Origin: Monocercomonoides exilis PA203
Taxonomy: Eukaryota; Protista; Preaxostyla
Assembly (NCBI GenBank): GCA_001643675.2
Contig: LSRY02000025.1
Coordinates: 310,001 to 374,000, forward strand
Direction of reading: 5' to 3'
Length of the DNA: 64,000 bases
The position numbers and the translations under genes are program-made. Positions within the stretch are counted from its first letter, which is position 1. Every line of letters begins with the position of its first letter. Shown piece after piece: positions 38,401 through 49,618 of this stretch. The notes under the pieces are model-generated. The model was given only the letters and a program-made list of their open reading frames with translations. It was not told where the DNA came from and did not search any database.

Positions 38401-41400
38401 GATCAACATCAACTTTCCCTTCTCCATCGCTCCCACACATCGACTTCTCCCCCTTCAGCGCCTCCTGGCTGAAGTCCAGTCCAAACAGTCTTTCATTCAA
38501 CTGTGACTCAATCGAGTCACATCGGATGAACACATCCTTCCCCACAAACGCATCATTCATCATAAATCGGATGTTCTCCAATCTCAGCTCAAGTGGTGGC
38601 TTTTCCGTGTTGGAGCATTCTCCATTCGGATCAAGCGCATCAATCATCATCCCTCCTCCCCTTCCATTCCCTGTCGAGCACACACACATCCCAAATGAAC
38701 ACCCACTCACTTTCACCTCCGACTCTCCTCTCTTCATCATCATCTTCATCCCTCCTCCTTCTGTGCTTCTCTCGCTCATGCACTTCGTCAGCACACATCC
38801 TTCAATCACACACTCCATCCCTGATGAGAACGATCCCACACTCATCACACTTGCCCTGTTCTCCAAACATGTGATATTCACAAATGAGGAGCTGTTCACC
38901 CTCACTCTTTGTTTTGTGTTTTCTCTTGCTTTGTTGATCAACATATTTGTTGCGGAAGGCTGACTCAGCGATATCAGACTCCTTCCTGAAATCGTTGTGT
39001 TCGAAGCAGACACATTCATCACATCAATCACTTCCACTTCTGGGGCAAACTCCAAAAACCCTTTGGCCAGATTGAATTGAGAAAGAGAGACATCCTCAAT
39101 TACCACACTCCCTCCATCTGCGATTACCAATGAATATTTCGTTTCTTTTGTTGAATCCTCACAAACAAATGAGCATCTCATGATTGAAAGTGATGTTGCA
39201 GAGGATGAAGTTGAGTGAATGAGTGATGAATGTCCTCCCAATTCATTTGGCAGAGAAAATGTTAGGTTTGTGAAAGAAGCAACAACATTCGATGATATCA
39301 TTCCTCCCCCTTCTCCTCCTTCACCTTCATTCCTTCCTTCCTCACTCACTTTCAAATTTGTTCCTTCTTTCTCTCCTTCAATTGACACAATCGAAGTTTT
39401 TGAAGAAGAAGATGATGATAAAAATGATATTCCTTTTTCAAGCAGTCCTGATCCAACAATTTTGATATGCGATTCGCCTTCTCCAAGTGGTTCATATCTC
39501 AGTGATTTCAAGTGATCAATCGATGAGCATGGTGCTTCTGAATACCCACACCCACTGAAGTCTCCTCCTTTTTCCTTCGAAACAAACCCATTTCCACTCC
39601 AATTATTCCACAAATACACAACCAATGGAATCACATATCCCTCCTCTCCTATCGTCTTCCTTTCCCATCCACACAACTCATCCAATAAATCCAACTCCTC
39701 ATCATTCATCTCCCATTTCAGGTGCTCCTTGTTCACAATCTCTCTCAGATCCCATCCTGAAACAAACATGTTCTTCCCTTTCCAGGCATTGCATCCTTCA
39801 AATTCCATTCCTTCAAGCACAAATAATTCAAACTCTTCAGGAAGCTCAACAAACATCCCTCCTCCAATTCCTCTTCCTCCATTCTCAACATCCTCTGATG
39901 GAACTTCACATCCAGAAAAATTCACATTTTTCATTTCCAAACTCCCTCCCTTCCCCACTGATATCATCATCCCTCCTCCTTTCATTACACTTCCACCTGA
40001 ACATCTTGATGAAAAATTGCATTCTTCAATTTTCACACTTCCTCCTTCTTCATTCATTTCCACATTCAAACATCCCCCATTTACTCCAGTTATTTCCACT
40101 CCACTCACTCTGCTATTCATAATCTCCAGTTTCACACCAGCAGTCATTGTGATTGGTGATTTCCCATTCATTATCAATGAACTTTCCATCACAAACCCAT
40201 TCATGATTAATTCTCCTCCCTCAATGTTTATCACATTGCATCCAATCTTTCCATCAGTCATTGCCCCACTTTCAAATGAGACTGAACAGTTCGTCACATT
40301 GAGTGTTGATGTTGAGTGAATGAATGCACTTCTCCTTGAATTCATCTGACCTTTCACAACAAATGAAAGTCTCCTCATTGTCAGTGAACTCGAACATCCA
40401 ACAAGACAATCTTGTGTGGCTGATCCTCCATCACTCACATTCACTTTCATCCTCTCTCCCTCTGATGAAGATAACACTATTCTGCCTGAAATACTCACAT
40501 CAAATGAAGAGATTTCAATTTCATCATTTATTGAAGAAGATGAGATAACCTCTATTTCTTTTGAACTTTCACTCAATCTTGAGTTCACACAATAATCAAC
40601 TGTCAAACACCCAAACCCTTCAAACCCACAATGACCGTGGTCCATCCCATTTCCTCCACTCCCATCAACAATCACATTTGTCCCCATTGTGCACAAATAC
40701 ACAAACAGTGGAATCACTCCACTTTCATCCCCATTTTCACTCCCACTCAGCTGAAACACATCTGATGGAATGGCTCTTGTGTCAAAAAATGCAAATGAGC
40801 TGGCATTCACTTTGGACTCCAAAAACACACCACTCCCACAGCTCAAAAACACATCCTTCCCATATTCAGCTTCATTCTCATTCACTTTCGAAAACTCAAC
40901 ATTCTCTCCAATTGTCAATCCACATTCTCCACTCTCCATCAACACAAACATCCCTCCTCCTCTCCCTCCGTTTCCTCCATTGTTCTCTGACTTGCATCCA
41001 TCAGCCACACTCGATCCATTCATCGCAACTTCTCCATTTCCTTGCAAACAAACATATATTCCTCCACCGTTCCCATTCTCACATGCACATTGCTCTATTG
41101 TTGTGTTGCTCACCACAAATGTCTCATCTCCATTCACACTCTTTGCCACAACCACCCCATCTCCTTCTGTCAGATTCACATTCCGAACTGTCACATTTGA
41201 CAGAAAACTCTCGTCTGAAACATCCTCTGTTGGTGATGGCTCGGCAAACAGAGGTTGGCTCACTTTCATGTTTTTAATCTCCACGTCGGTCATTGCCAGC
41301 TGTGAAAGTTTCACAATAAGCACAGATGAAGTCATAATTTTCGTTTCAACAACACTCGAAGAGATCAACACATCCTCCAGCGATAGAGTCCCGCTCATGT

Positions 41401-43633
41401 CTGAAACAACAAACACACTCGGACTGGAATCTCTTTCCGAGTTGTGATCAATTCCCACATGAAAGACTTCCAATTTCCCACTCGTTACTCTGAACAATGT
41501 TGTTGAAGACGGAGACAAAGATTTCGTCTCAATAATACTTCTTTCCTTTCCTTTCCCTGTCATTCTCATCTTCTTCGATTCAATGGATATTTCTGTCTCT
41601 TCATTGCAATGATTCCCTTCCAACAGAGTGATTGACAAGACTGCCTGCGTTGCACTCCAATTGACTGCAATGCCAATCGTTTGACATGCGGTTAACTCAT
41701 CTGTTCCACACAACTTGTCATCAACTCCTCCATCAGCAGCAACAAAACGATAAAGAATTCCATCCTTTAACCAATCCTTCTTTTCTGTGTTCTGGAATTC
41801 CCATTTCCCCAAATTTGAATAATCGTATGCATAACACATCCTCTGAATATCTGCATTCGTTGTATAGCATTCATAGAATGGATTTCCTTTGCTCAAATAC
41901 AGATTATGTGCATCAACATATTCTACGTCATGCCCATATGGATTGGTTGCATCCCTGCATTTGCATTCATGAAAGAAAAGGAAATAACAATAAATTTTGT
42001 CATAGGGAGCTGTTGTTTTATTCGGTTCCAGATACAATCCTCCTCCAAATGAAGTTGCTGAGCACGAAATATACCGAATTTCACTCATTTTGAATTTTGT
42101 TTCAGGAACAGTTTTACAAAACATTCCTCCGCCAAGTGTATTTGTGAGTGAGCATAAAGTGAAACTGCAATTAAACACGCACGTACTCTCTCCTCCTCCA
42201 TTTTCTATTTCAATGCAGTCAGATATAGAAACACAAAAACAATCAAGATAAAGACCTCCTCCATATTTAACAGCTGTACAATTCTGAAATTCACATCCAC
42301 AGATTTTTGTGCATGATGAAATTGAAAAAGCGAACAATCCTCCTCCGTGATGGTATTGTGCTGTACAATTTTCAAACACATTATTTTCTACATGAACAGA
42401 TTTGATTGAATGGCACATAATTCCACCCCCACGGCTGTATGCAAAACAATTATTAAACAGACAATGCAAAACTGAAAGTTCTCCATTTCCCTTGTTGTAC
42501 ATGAAAATAGCACCTCCACTCGAGATTCCATCTATGGAAGAATCGCTTGTTCCAATCGTCTTTGATCCATTCCACTCACACCAAATAAATGAATTTGCTC
42601 CATCGTCTGTTGTGTTTTGTCTCCCTGGTTTCAATGGGTTTTCTTTGCTTCCAATGAATTCAATATTTCTTGTCCTGCAACACTCAACGAACGAAGTGTT
42701 TGAAGCAGTCAGAGAAGCAAATGGGTTGTTCAGGGAAGGAACAATACCCCCATCATACGCATCACAAACTGATGAAAATGAGCAGTCATTCATCTGACTG
42801 GTGCATCCATATCCAAGAGTAAAAGGATCCACTCTGTGTGTTGAAACTGTTGAAATATTGGAGAAAAACGAATCTGTGAGTGAAACGCTCTCAACAAACG
42901 AAGAAGATAGAAATGGAGGAGAAGATATCTCGAATGATGAAAAATGTGACGAGCAAACAGAAACGTGACTGGAAGGCTGACTTTTTGATCCCCTCAATTT
43001 TGTGGAGAAAAGAGGAGACATTTGAGTTTGTTGTGCATTCCAAGATCGAAGTGTCAAGTTTGTTAGTTGAATTTGACTGAAACACAAATCAAATGGACTT
43101 TTTTCGCTTTTAACCTCAAAATAGCATCCAGAAATCATCGCAGCACTTTTTTCCCTCAAAGTTATTGAATTTGTGTTTCCATTTGCAAACATCCCCAAAT
43201 TCATGCAATGGACCGATGAATTTATCAGAATCATGTGACTCCTCATCTTGCTTTCTTCAATTCCTTCATACGCCTTCTTAACATTGCGCACATTTACACT
43301 TGATAAATCTCCTTCAGAAATGAAATTGTTTTTGTATGTGTTTGTTTTAGTGGATTCGATTCTGTTGTTTTGATTCTTTCTCCATTTTCCTTTCCGTCCC
43401 TCAGATTCTAAATATTCAAAACTATTCTCTTTGCACTGGGTGAAAGAATTAATTTCCAACACATTGCAACTATTTTCTACTTCTGTTGAAGTCGTCGAAC
43501 CACTTGCAGGAATAATTTGCAAAACATTCATTTCTGGAATAGCTTCAACTTTATCGTTTGCGGCATCTTCGAACAAGCAATGCCCGTAAATTATACTCCC
43601 CAAAATAGCAGAAATAACAACTGCTAAATTCAT
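35417..43633 (-). CDS. Receptor-like transmembrane protein: beta-helix (pectin-lyase/Pmp-like) ectodomain, TM helix, degenerate kinase-like domain; 2738 aa
   Basis: Hydrophobic N-terminus; GG(G/A)[ILM] and F.NC repeats; recurring G.D...CG....C.[ST]I units; TM YWLLIVIVLVVILLIVFVVSIVLAV followed by RWRKAKRR; C-lobe motifs RWKAPE and VFSIGMMLWECLTLQIPF. Confidence 0.85.
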   Translation of the reverse strand: MNLAVVISAILGSIIYGHCLFEDAANDKVEAIPEMNVLQIIPASGSTTSTEVENSCNVLEINSFTQCKENSFEYLESEGRKGKWRKNQNNRIESTKTNTYKNNFISEGDLSSVNVRNVKKAYEGIEESKMRSHMILINSSVHCMNLGMFANGNTNSITLREKSAAMISGCYFEVKSEKSPFDLCFSQIQLTNLTLRSWNAQQTQMSPLFSTKLRGSKSQPSSHVSVCSSHFSSFEISSPPFLSSSFVESVSLTDSFFSNISTVSTHRVDPFTLGYGCTSQMNDCSFSSVCDAYDGGIVPSLNNPFASLTASNTSFVECCRTRNIEFIGSKENPLKPGRQNTTDDGANSFIWCEWNGSKTIGTSDSSIDGISSGGAIFMYNKGNGELSVLHCLFNNCFAYSRGGGIMCHSIKSVHVENNVFENCTAQYHHGGGLFAFSISSCTKICGCEFQNCTAVKYGGGLYLDCFCVSISDCIEIENGGGESTCVFNCSFTLCSLTNTLGGGMFCKTVPETKFKMSEIRYISCSATSFGGGLYLEPNKTTAPYDKIYCYFLFFHECKCRDATNPYGHDVEYVDAHNLYLSKGNPFYECYTTNADIQRMCYAYDYSNLGKWEFQNTEKKDWLKDGILYRFVAADGGVDDKLCGTDELTACQTIGIAVNWSATQAVLSITLLEGNHCNEETEISIESKKMRMTGKGKERSIIETKSLSPSSTTLFRVTSGKLEVFHVGIDHNSERDSSPSVFVVSDMSGTLSLEDVLISSSVVETKIMTSSVLIVKLSQLAMTDVEIKNMKVSQPLFAEPSPTEDVSDESFLSNVTVRNVNLTEGDGVVVAKSVNGDETFVVSNTTIEQCACENGNGGGIYVCLQGNGEVAMNGSSVADGCKSENNGGNGGRGGGMFVLMESGECGLTIGENVEFSKVNENEAEYGKDVFLSCGSGVFLESKVNASSFAFFDTRAIPSDVFQLSGSENGDESGVIPLFVYLCTMGTNVIVDGSGGNGMDHGHCGFEGFGCLTVDYCVNSRLSESSKEIEVISSSSINDEIEISSFDVSISGRIVLSSSEGERMKVNVSDGGSATQDCLVGCSSSLTMRRLSFVVKGQMNSRRSAFIHSTSTLNVTNCSVSFESGAMTDGKIGCNVINIEGGELIMNGFVMESSLIMNGKSPITMTAGVKLEIMNSRVSGVEITGVNGGCLNVEMNEEGGSVKIEECNFSSRCSGGSVMKGGGMMISVGKGGSLEMKNVNFSGCEVPSEDVENGGRGIGGGMFVELPEEFELFVLEGMEFEGCNAWKGKNMFVSGWDLREIVNKEHLKWEMNDEELDLLDELCGWERKTIGEEGYVIPLVVYLWNNWSGNGFVSKEKGGDFSGCGYSEAPCSSIDHLKSLRYEPLGEGESHIKIVGSGLLEKGISFLSSSSSSKTSIVSIEGEKEGTNLKVSEEGRNEGEGGEGGGMISSNVVASFTNLTFSLPNELGGHSSLIHSTSSSATSLSIMRCSFVCEDSTKETKYSLVIADGGSVVIEDVSLSQFNLAKGFLEFAPEVEVIDVMNVSASNTTISGRSLISLSQPSATNMLINKARENTKQRVRVNSSSFVNITCLENRASVMSVGSFSSGMECVIEGCVLTKCMSERSTEGGGMKMMMKRGESEVKVSGCSFGMCVCSTGNGRGGGMMIDALDPNGECSNTEKPPLELRLENIRFMMNDAFVGKDVFIRCDSIESQLNERLFGLDFSQEALKGEKSMCGSDGEGKVDVDLIPLITFYYSSQVFVCVNGSDSRQCGAQSNPCESIGNAVQHIERSVVNTILIDGEGMMGEGCVIGDVRMVSIRREKATIHFCGKMEGRGEERSVMVFVNECVVERCQFVFGEGFEGVEESVLKENDGRLEISECIFSSSTMDLVMKNMILDVESGEVKMSETLFSGIHSAVPLLSFCGESCVSIAETRISNIECDGEVVQVGGKAKAEMKEVKFENMSVASEGSVMKMDGAERGLSVLNCSFAKCRSTNKRGRMMRICECVNVRIGSCLFDGEEGEEGEEREGKDGNEDNGRGEEICRWDRSVVDVVKSSVLMKDTTITNSAEGGITMSGGNVIIEKGEFIDNNPSIEGYPSLRRNIICSDSGTLNVMSLKGGDGVLPNTSLWMLNEGCSFEGIVSERDSSFFIPVLESVEAKESTDRLKLTFKGLLLVPCNLSFSVVKRKGEEKEIEKHDFDSNGFLSEREVEGSVAKDLLSSCDDKTEVSVHILFGDAESPSSTHPFILKNRSESDPKGDERIVESGKEGKSYWLLIVIVLVVILLIVFVVSIVLAVRWRKAKRRTKELEVIVNDTVKKDPKAFEMVTMEMSPEAQWRRAEREAERKNDERMKKRINGKEMVHSESEEHLLSESGSTEYILGKDSDKIPDWALEKEEEEEIRKRSPSPSISSNSTADTSDTESTFVRGEDLCPTTSSMSNLVDAMACSSPHEKLIVDLRDSLFMLLHGRNEKKEMAIGSLNEREQTAAQVLFWVANLALHSFDEMENPLQSLTNLSPHIVLFSEHMVICIVMHSDFLSSDDDSDSSSIFSSTVVTSTSDNDDDEDSLPSSAFEDEDDVFKKECLRWKAPELLINKKMGATKESVVFSIGMMLWECLTLQIPFGEYDADTAGQKITFGERPSRKMIAGRGMDEVVGSCWEEEASKRMGLFEVKKELFSHFPANAVVMTASDAIAYAESSESDTDDEKERKVIQSTTNTATTTSSTASSTAKQTSKTGEYGKRE

Positions 43634-44639
43634 TTTGATGCTGAAAATTCGATTATCTTTTTCTCAAATTTGAAACGTGTTATTATGGGTTATATTTGAT
43701 CTTCTGAAATAACTCAACTCCATTCAAAATCTGATGCATACGTCTCATAACCTTCATAAAATGGAGACAAAAATTTCATGTTTCAAAATGTCATTTCATC
43801 TTTATTTATTTTTTTTTTTTAACAATTTTGTTCTTTTTATTTATCAAATCTCGTTGATTTGGTCTTTATATTTATGTAATTTTATGGCAAATCGTTCAAT
43901 GGATGATCTTTGTTGTTCATTTTCTCAAAGTTCATTGTATTTTATTTATTTTCAATAAAAAAAACAAATTTTATGAATGTCATTTTTTTCGAATTCCATT
44001 CTTTTGAGTGCATATTTTTCAAAATTTGAGAAAAAGAAAAATCAAATGAAATTCAAAAAATATGTTGTGAACTACCAATGGTTTTCTTCACAAAAATAAG
44101 AACACACAAAATGTCTTTTCAAAAAATGCAGTTCTTTCGAATGGCTTTCAACAGAATAAAAACGATAGAAAGCAAAAGTCCAATAAAATTTTAAGAAGCC
44201 TACAAAAAATATCCTTTAAAAATGAAATAACAATCAGCATTCAAAAAGAAATAAATTGCATTAAAAAAAGCACATATTACAGTTGTTGAAAACCATCAGA
44301 AAACATTCGTTTCTATTCACACCATCTAACTTCTCAGATATTTGCAGCAGTTGATCAATTCAAAAAAGAAAGAAAGAAAGAAATCAAAATAAATACAAAG
44401 TTCATTCATGAAGATCTCCCAACGATATAAACACAACATTTTTGTTCGCTTTTCCTTTCATTTCTTTGTTCCTTTCTGTTCTGCCCAATCAAACTCTTCT
44501 GCTTGTTCTTTAATAGAAGGAACAAGAACAAGCAGATAATCATCCTTGTTTCACAGCTAGCACACTTTTCTTGCTGTTCTTTGGCATTGCAGCAGGTGCA
44601 GAAGAGAGCAGAGAGACACATTCACTGGCGAGTGCTTCA

Positions 44640-45033
44640 TAAACAGATTAAACTGGAAACAAATGTTGCATTTAAATAAAAACGAATAGGTTTATTAATC
44701 TTTAATAATAATATTGAAAAGAATGATTTCTCTCTCAAACATACGAAGAATCCAACTCTCTGCAGCTGATCACAAAACATCAACAGGCTGCACTCATTTG
44801 TCTGCTGTGAAATACAGCTCAGCTGATGCCAATGGATTTTTTGCTTTCCTTTGACACATTTTGCAACCAGTGTCCATTCATCGATGTTGAAGAGAGGTCT
44901 GCCTGGGTGCTTGCTCATGAAGACAATGAGAGAGATAAGCATCTCTTCAAAGATGTGATCAAAGTTGCGTGCAGAACGCCTATTCATGGGGGAGGTGTAA
45001 CTGGAAAGAGAAGAGGAAGAAGAAGAAGAAGAA

Positions 45034-45066
<33 letters not shown>

Positions 45067-46875
45067 GAGGAGGAGGAGGAAGAGGAAGAAGAAGAAGAAG
45101 ACGAAGAAGAAGAAGAGAAGAAGAAGAAGAAGAAGAAGAAGAAGATGGTGATGATGACGAAGAAGAGGAAGAGCATAAAGTGTGACAGAGCAGACTCTTT
45201 GCTTCAAGCAGCTCTATGAAAACAGGAAGGAATTCAAGGCAATGCAATTCTGTTGGAAGTTTCCTTTTCTCAATGCTTCACCAACACCATATCAATAATA
45301 ATCTTTGGATGAGTAGCATCTTCCTTTTTTCCCCTGCTATTTCTTTTTTCTCTCCTCCGTTCTTTGTGACATAAGATGAACAAAGATCGAAATGAATGGA
45401 AATTGTCCTTGAGGATATTTTCCTTTCATTTTCTTTGTGAATGCCGCACAAGCCCATTGTTTGTGTGAAGATTAAGAATCAATCTGAAAAGAGTATTTCT
45501 TCAGAAAGTGTGTCTGCCCCTCTTCCTTATCTGAGCAGACAAAGAATATGAACCAATAATGTTTCAATGACAAATTTCCTCTGATCTGTCTCTTCTTTCT
45601 GATGGTATAAAAATGGTCATTTCTGCCTGTTTCTATTCGGCTGCAGGGAAACAACGTCTGTTTCAAGAGATTGCCTGCAATTCAATTCCCTTTGAATAAA
45701 TCTCTGTTCATCCAACAAGAAACGTGTATAGATGTTAATCTCGCTGCATTCTGTATTGTTGCACGACAGAATAATATCATTTTTGACAAAAGGCACCAAA
45801 AATTGGAGAAGGAGCCGATCTTCATTCTTCTCAAAGCCTGAAGAAGCATGAGTAGAATATATTGAGTTTCTCGTAAAAAAACTTCTTTCTATCGGCGTAT
45901 CCAACAGAAGAACACAGACAGGCAAAATAGACTTCTGTGAGAATGATTGTGGTTGTGGATGATGGATGTTAAATTACCAGCACAATCACAAACGTTGAAG
46001 TTTTTTGTTAAGAAAAAAGTCTGGTGAAGAATATGGCGCTGCAGATGATGCATTTTGAGAGAATCAGAAGAGAATTGACTAAAAAGGCAGAGGTTTATTC
46101 TGTTGGCAGCTCTGTTTTTTTGGGAGAAAAAAGAAAGAGTTGAGGAGACTCTTTTAGGGGGTATCCTTTCATGTTGATGTGCTCTTGAATAAAGATGTGG
46201 CTATCGAAGTTCGGAGAAGTATTTCTGGTCTGTTCAAAGAAGATTGAGTTGAAACATAAAGAAGTCTGGAACAACGAATCAGAACGCCTTTCGCTCTCTT
46301 CATGCCTTTGGAACAGCGTCTGAATTCTCTGATTTATAACTTCGGCTTTTTTTGTAAATTGAAGAAAGTGTTGTTTGTTCGCTTGCTTCATGAATGCTTT
46401 TCATGGTACAACTGTCTTTGTCCCATTTCCCGTCCATTTATCGCTCAATAGAAATAAAATGGCTTTTTTGCTGCAAAAGAGTTCGAAGAACCCCGAAGAA
46501 AAAGGTTACATCGATTATTGTTGCTGTTTCACCGATCATGAAATCTGATGTCTTAGCTCCTGGAGATGGCATTCACATATTCACATTGTTTGCCCATTTT
46601 ACGATGAAACCTATTTTCCATATCTTTCTGCCATTTGCACAATTTTTGTTTTGAAATCGTCAATCCGTTTTGACTTTTCCTTTTTCAATTCCTTCATCTT
46701 CATAAGCCCCACGAATCATATAAAATGAAAATGAAAGCGGTTCAAGAACACGGATAATATCAAATTCCAAGTGTACAAATATTCGGTTCCCTTGTCTCAA
46801 GACTTTATCCGCTTGGCAAAAAGAAGATAAATGGTTTTCTCTTTTCGTTGAATTTGGTTGTCTGAAAGATTTCAT
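44640..46875 (-). pseudogene. Probable decayed gene of unknown family with a poly-Ser tract
   Basis: Coding-like composition compared with the flanks and a chain of short - strand ORFs broken by TGA, TAA and TAG stops; (GAA/GAT)n tract at 45015-45170. No motif recognised. Confidence 0.35.
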
Positions 46876-47223
46876 TCATTCTTCTTTCAATTTCAATTTC
46901 ATTGCATTAATTTTGTGCACCATCATTAAATCAATTAAAAGTCCAACTTATGAAACAAAACGTTTCAAAAATAATCAATGATTTCTCTTTATGATTTCCT
47001 GTTGGTTTGATCAAAGAGAAAGAAAAGATTTGCTTTTCGAGCATTTTCCAGAAAAGATTATTGGATTCGACGAACATTCTGTCTTTTTCGGTTTTCTTAT
47101 AAAGTTTAGCAATTTGTATTGTGTTGTTTCGTTTTTATTTTGCGAGACAAACAACGATGTTTGCATTTGTTGATTGTATTATTTGTTCAACTGGTGTTAT
47201 CTTATAAATATTCAGAATATGCA

Positions 47224-48729
47224 ATGAGCAGAATAAGTCCAGTTAATTGCATTGAAGAAGCCGAGAAATACGAAGAAGAAGATGATGATGAAGAAGATTA
47301 TGATGAAAGCGTTTATGAAGAATTCAAGTCAGATCTTACTGAAAAGTTCACAAGTTTGTTGCTTCTTTTTTATTTAACAGACTTGCTATATCTCGTGATT
47401 TTTGTTATTTTAAAGAATTGTTTCATGAACTTGAATATTGCGCTGAAATTGAGCAAAAGCAAAAAATTGAAGAAATGAATAAATTAATGGAAGAAATGGA
47501 TAGAAATGAATTCTGTTTTATTTTGTCAGAAGAATTGTTCGAAGAAATTTACGGAATGATTGAAGAAAAGAAAATTGTTTTGGAAAATGCCATTTTTCTG
47601 ATGAAGCTTATTGGATTATGCATTTCTACAAAACATATGATTGGCTATTTTTATCAAGTTTCTGCACTGCAACACAGAATTGAACAGATGATAATAGAAG
47701 AGCACAAAAAGATGGATGGGGAAAATGAAAATCTTCTTATTGGCCTTTGCGAATGCTATCTTTTGTTTGGCAGCAGCATTTCTTCGGAATTACTTTCAAT
47801 TTGTGTACCCTGTCTTCTTAAAGCTGCTTTGAAGAAAGAGGAAAATGAGGAAACGAGAAACGATGTGGAAATGGCATTGCTGGCTTTGAGCTGTCTCGAA
47901 AACTTAATTGTTTGAATTTATATTTATTTATTTGTTGGTTTGTTTTTTTCAAAATTTAAAATAGAAAATTGAAAGAGGACTTTATCTGAATGAAACAAAA
48001 GAAATCATCAAACACCATCAGGAACATCGAAACCTCACTCGCCTTGCGAATCAGTCGATTTGGAGGTATTTCATAAACAGATTTTGTAGAGATAAAAGCT
48101 TGGAAGAAGTGATTGTGAACGAGATGCATTTTGGAAGAGAGGCAACAAGAGAACTGGAAGAATTATTGATGTGCATTGAATGGAAGAGAAAAGAAGTGGA
48201 ACGAGGAAAAGAAACGAAAGAAGAGGTTATTTTGACAAGATGGCTCAAAACATTGAGGCGTTGTTTTGACTCCTTCCGACTGTGGAGTGAAGAATACACT
48301 GAGCTTATCAAAAGTATTTTGAGAGTGTTTCGAGCAGCAAAGGATAATTACAAAGAGATAAGCGATACATGCATTTTGACCTTTGCCGGTGTTGCAAAGC
48401 ACAAATGCGTGAAAGTTGGTTACTTGTTGGAGAGTGGAATTGTTGATATTGCGTTGAAGGAGATTCAGCGGCAAACAATGAATGACTTGATGGCGTGTAC
48501 GTTTTTGGTGTTTTTTGAATTGGTTTCAGGGAAATTGAAAGGAAATATCGATAATAAAGCTGACGAAGTGAAGAGAAAGGCAACGAAAATGGAAATATTC
48601 GAAAAGATGGAAGAAGAAGGATATGAAGACACCATCACAAGCTTTCATGGAATATTTAATTTTATTAACAAACATGAAGAGGATAATGATGAATCGTGGA
48701 ATATTTCCGATTATTCTGTAAATGTTTGA
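47224..48729 (+). CDS. Unknown alpha-helical family protein, paralogue C, ~462 aa, with an acidic N-terminus
   Basis: Exons 47224-47353, 47416-47909, 47965-48729; DVEMALLALSCL, EIIKHHQE, EKMEEEGYEDT. Confidence 0.78.
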
Positions 48730-49618
48730 GAAAATGAGATGTATTGAATTTTGTAAGTCATATTTTTTTTGTTATTTTTTTTTTTTTTTTGTTATTTAAC
48801 AAAACTTCAAATGAAAAATGCAATTTGATTGTTTTATTAAGTTTTATTTTATTTTATTTTATTTTATTTTATTTTATTTTATTTTATATTTTTAATCTCG
48901 TTTCATTTTGATAAAATAAAATAAACAATAGAAACAGAAAAAAAAAGACTGGGAATGCATTCTTTAAGAAATTGGTGAGCAGAATGTCATTTCTCGACCA
49001 CATGTGCTGACTTTCTGTTTCTCCTTCCAACGTGTTTCATCAAAAAATCATCAAGAATATGATATTTACAGCAAATAGTGAACGAGAAAGATAAAAGAAG
49101 ACTTCATTAGGAATGAAAAAGATGGAGAAATTCTCTTCTTGTTTGTTATTATTTCATGCTTAATGTTGAATAAAATAATAATTGAGATCTTCTGGTTATT
49201 CAAAGAAATTAGACTTTTCCAAATGTGATTCATAGAAGCTGAAAACAATATCTTCATATCCTTCTTCTTCCATCTTTTCGCGCAACTTTCGATACAACAT
49301 CACTTTCTGATTTTCTTTTTCATTTTCCTCTTTCGCCTTTCCTTTCAGCCAGCTCCAAGCAAACCAAATAAACGAAATCAAGCTATTTTTCTTTTCCTTT
49401 TTTCCGTTCAATATTCTCGAAAGATCACAAAAAATATGTGCATAATACTCCATCACACTATTAAGAATTGTTGGCTGATGCATTTCCTCCAAAATGAAAT
49501 CGACAGCCTCATCGCGCAGCACACAATCATCAGATTCTGCTTTTCTCAAAATAACGTTCACAAAAAGAAACAAGCAGCACACATGGACATTTCAATAATT
49601 GAACTTAGATGTTATGTA

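Noticed and set aside
35484-43085. + strand ORFs opposite the receptor gene
   Set aside because: Antisense shadows with no independent motifs.
46095-46875. TGA-readthrough or selenoprotein ORF
   Set aside because: The frame also contains TAA and TAG, which fits ordinary pseudogene decay.
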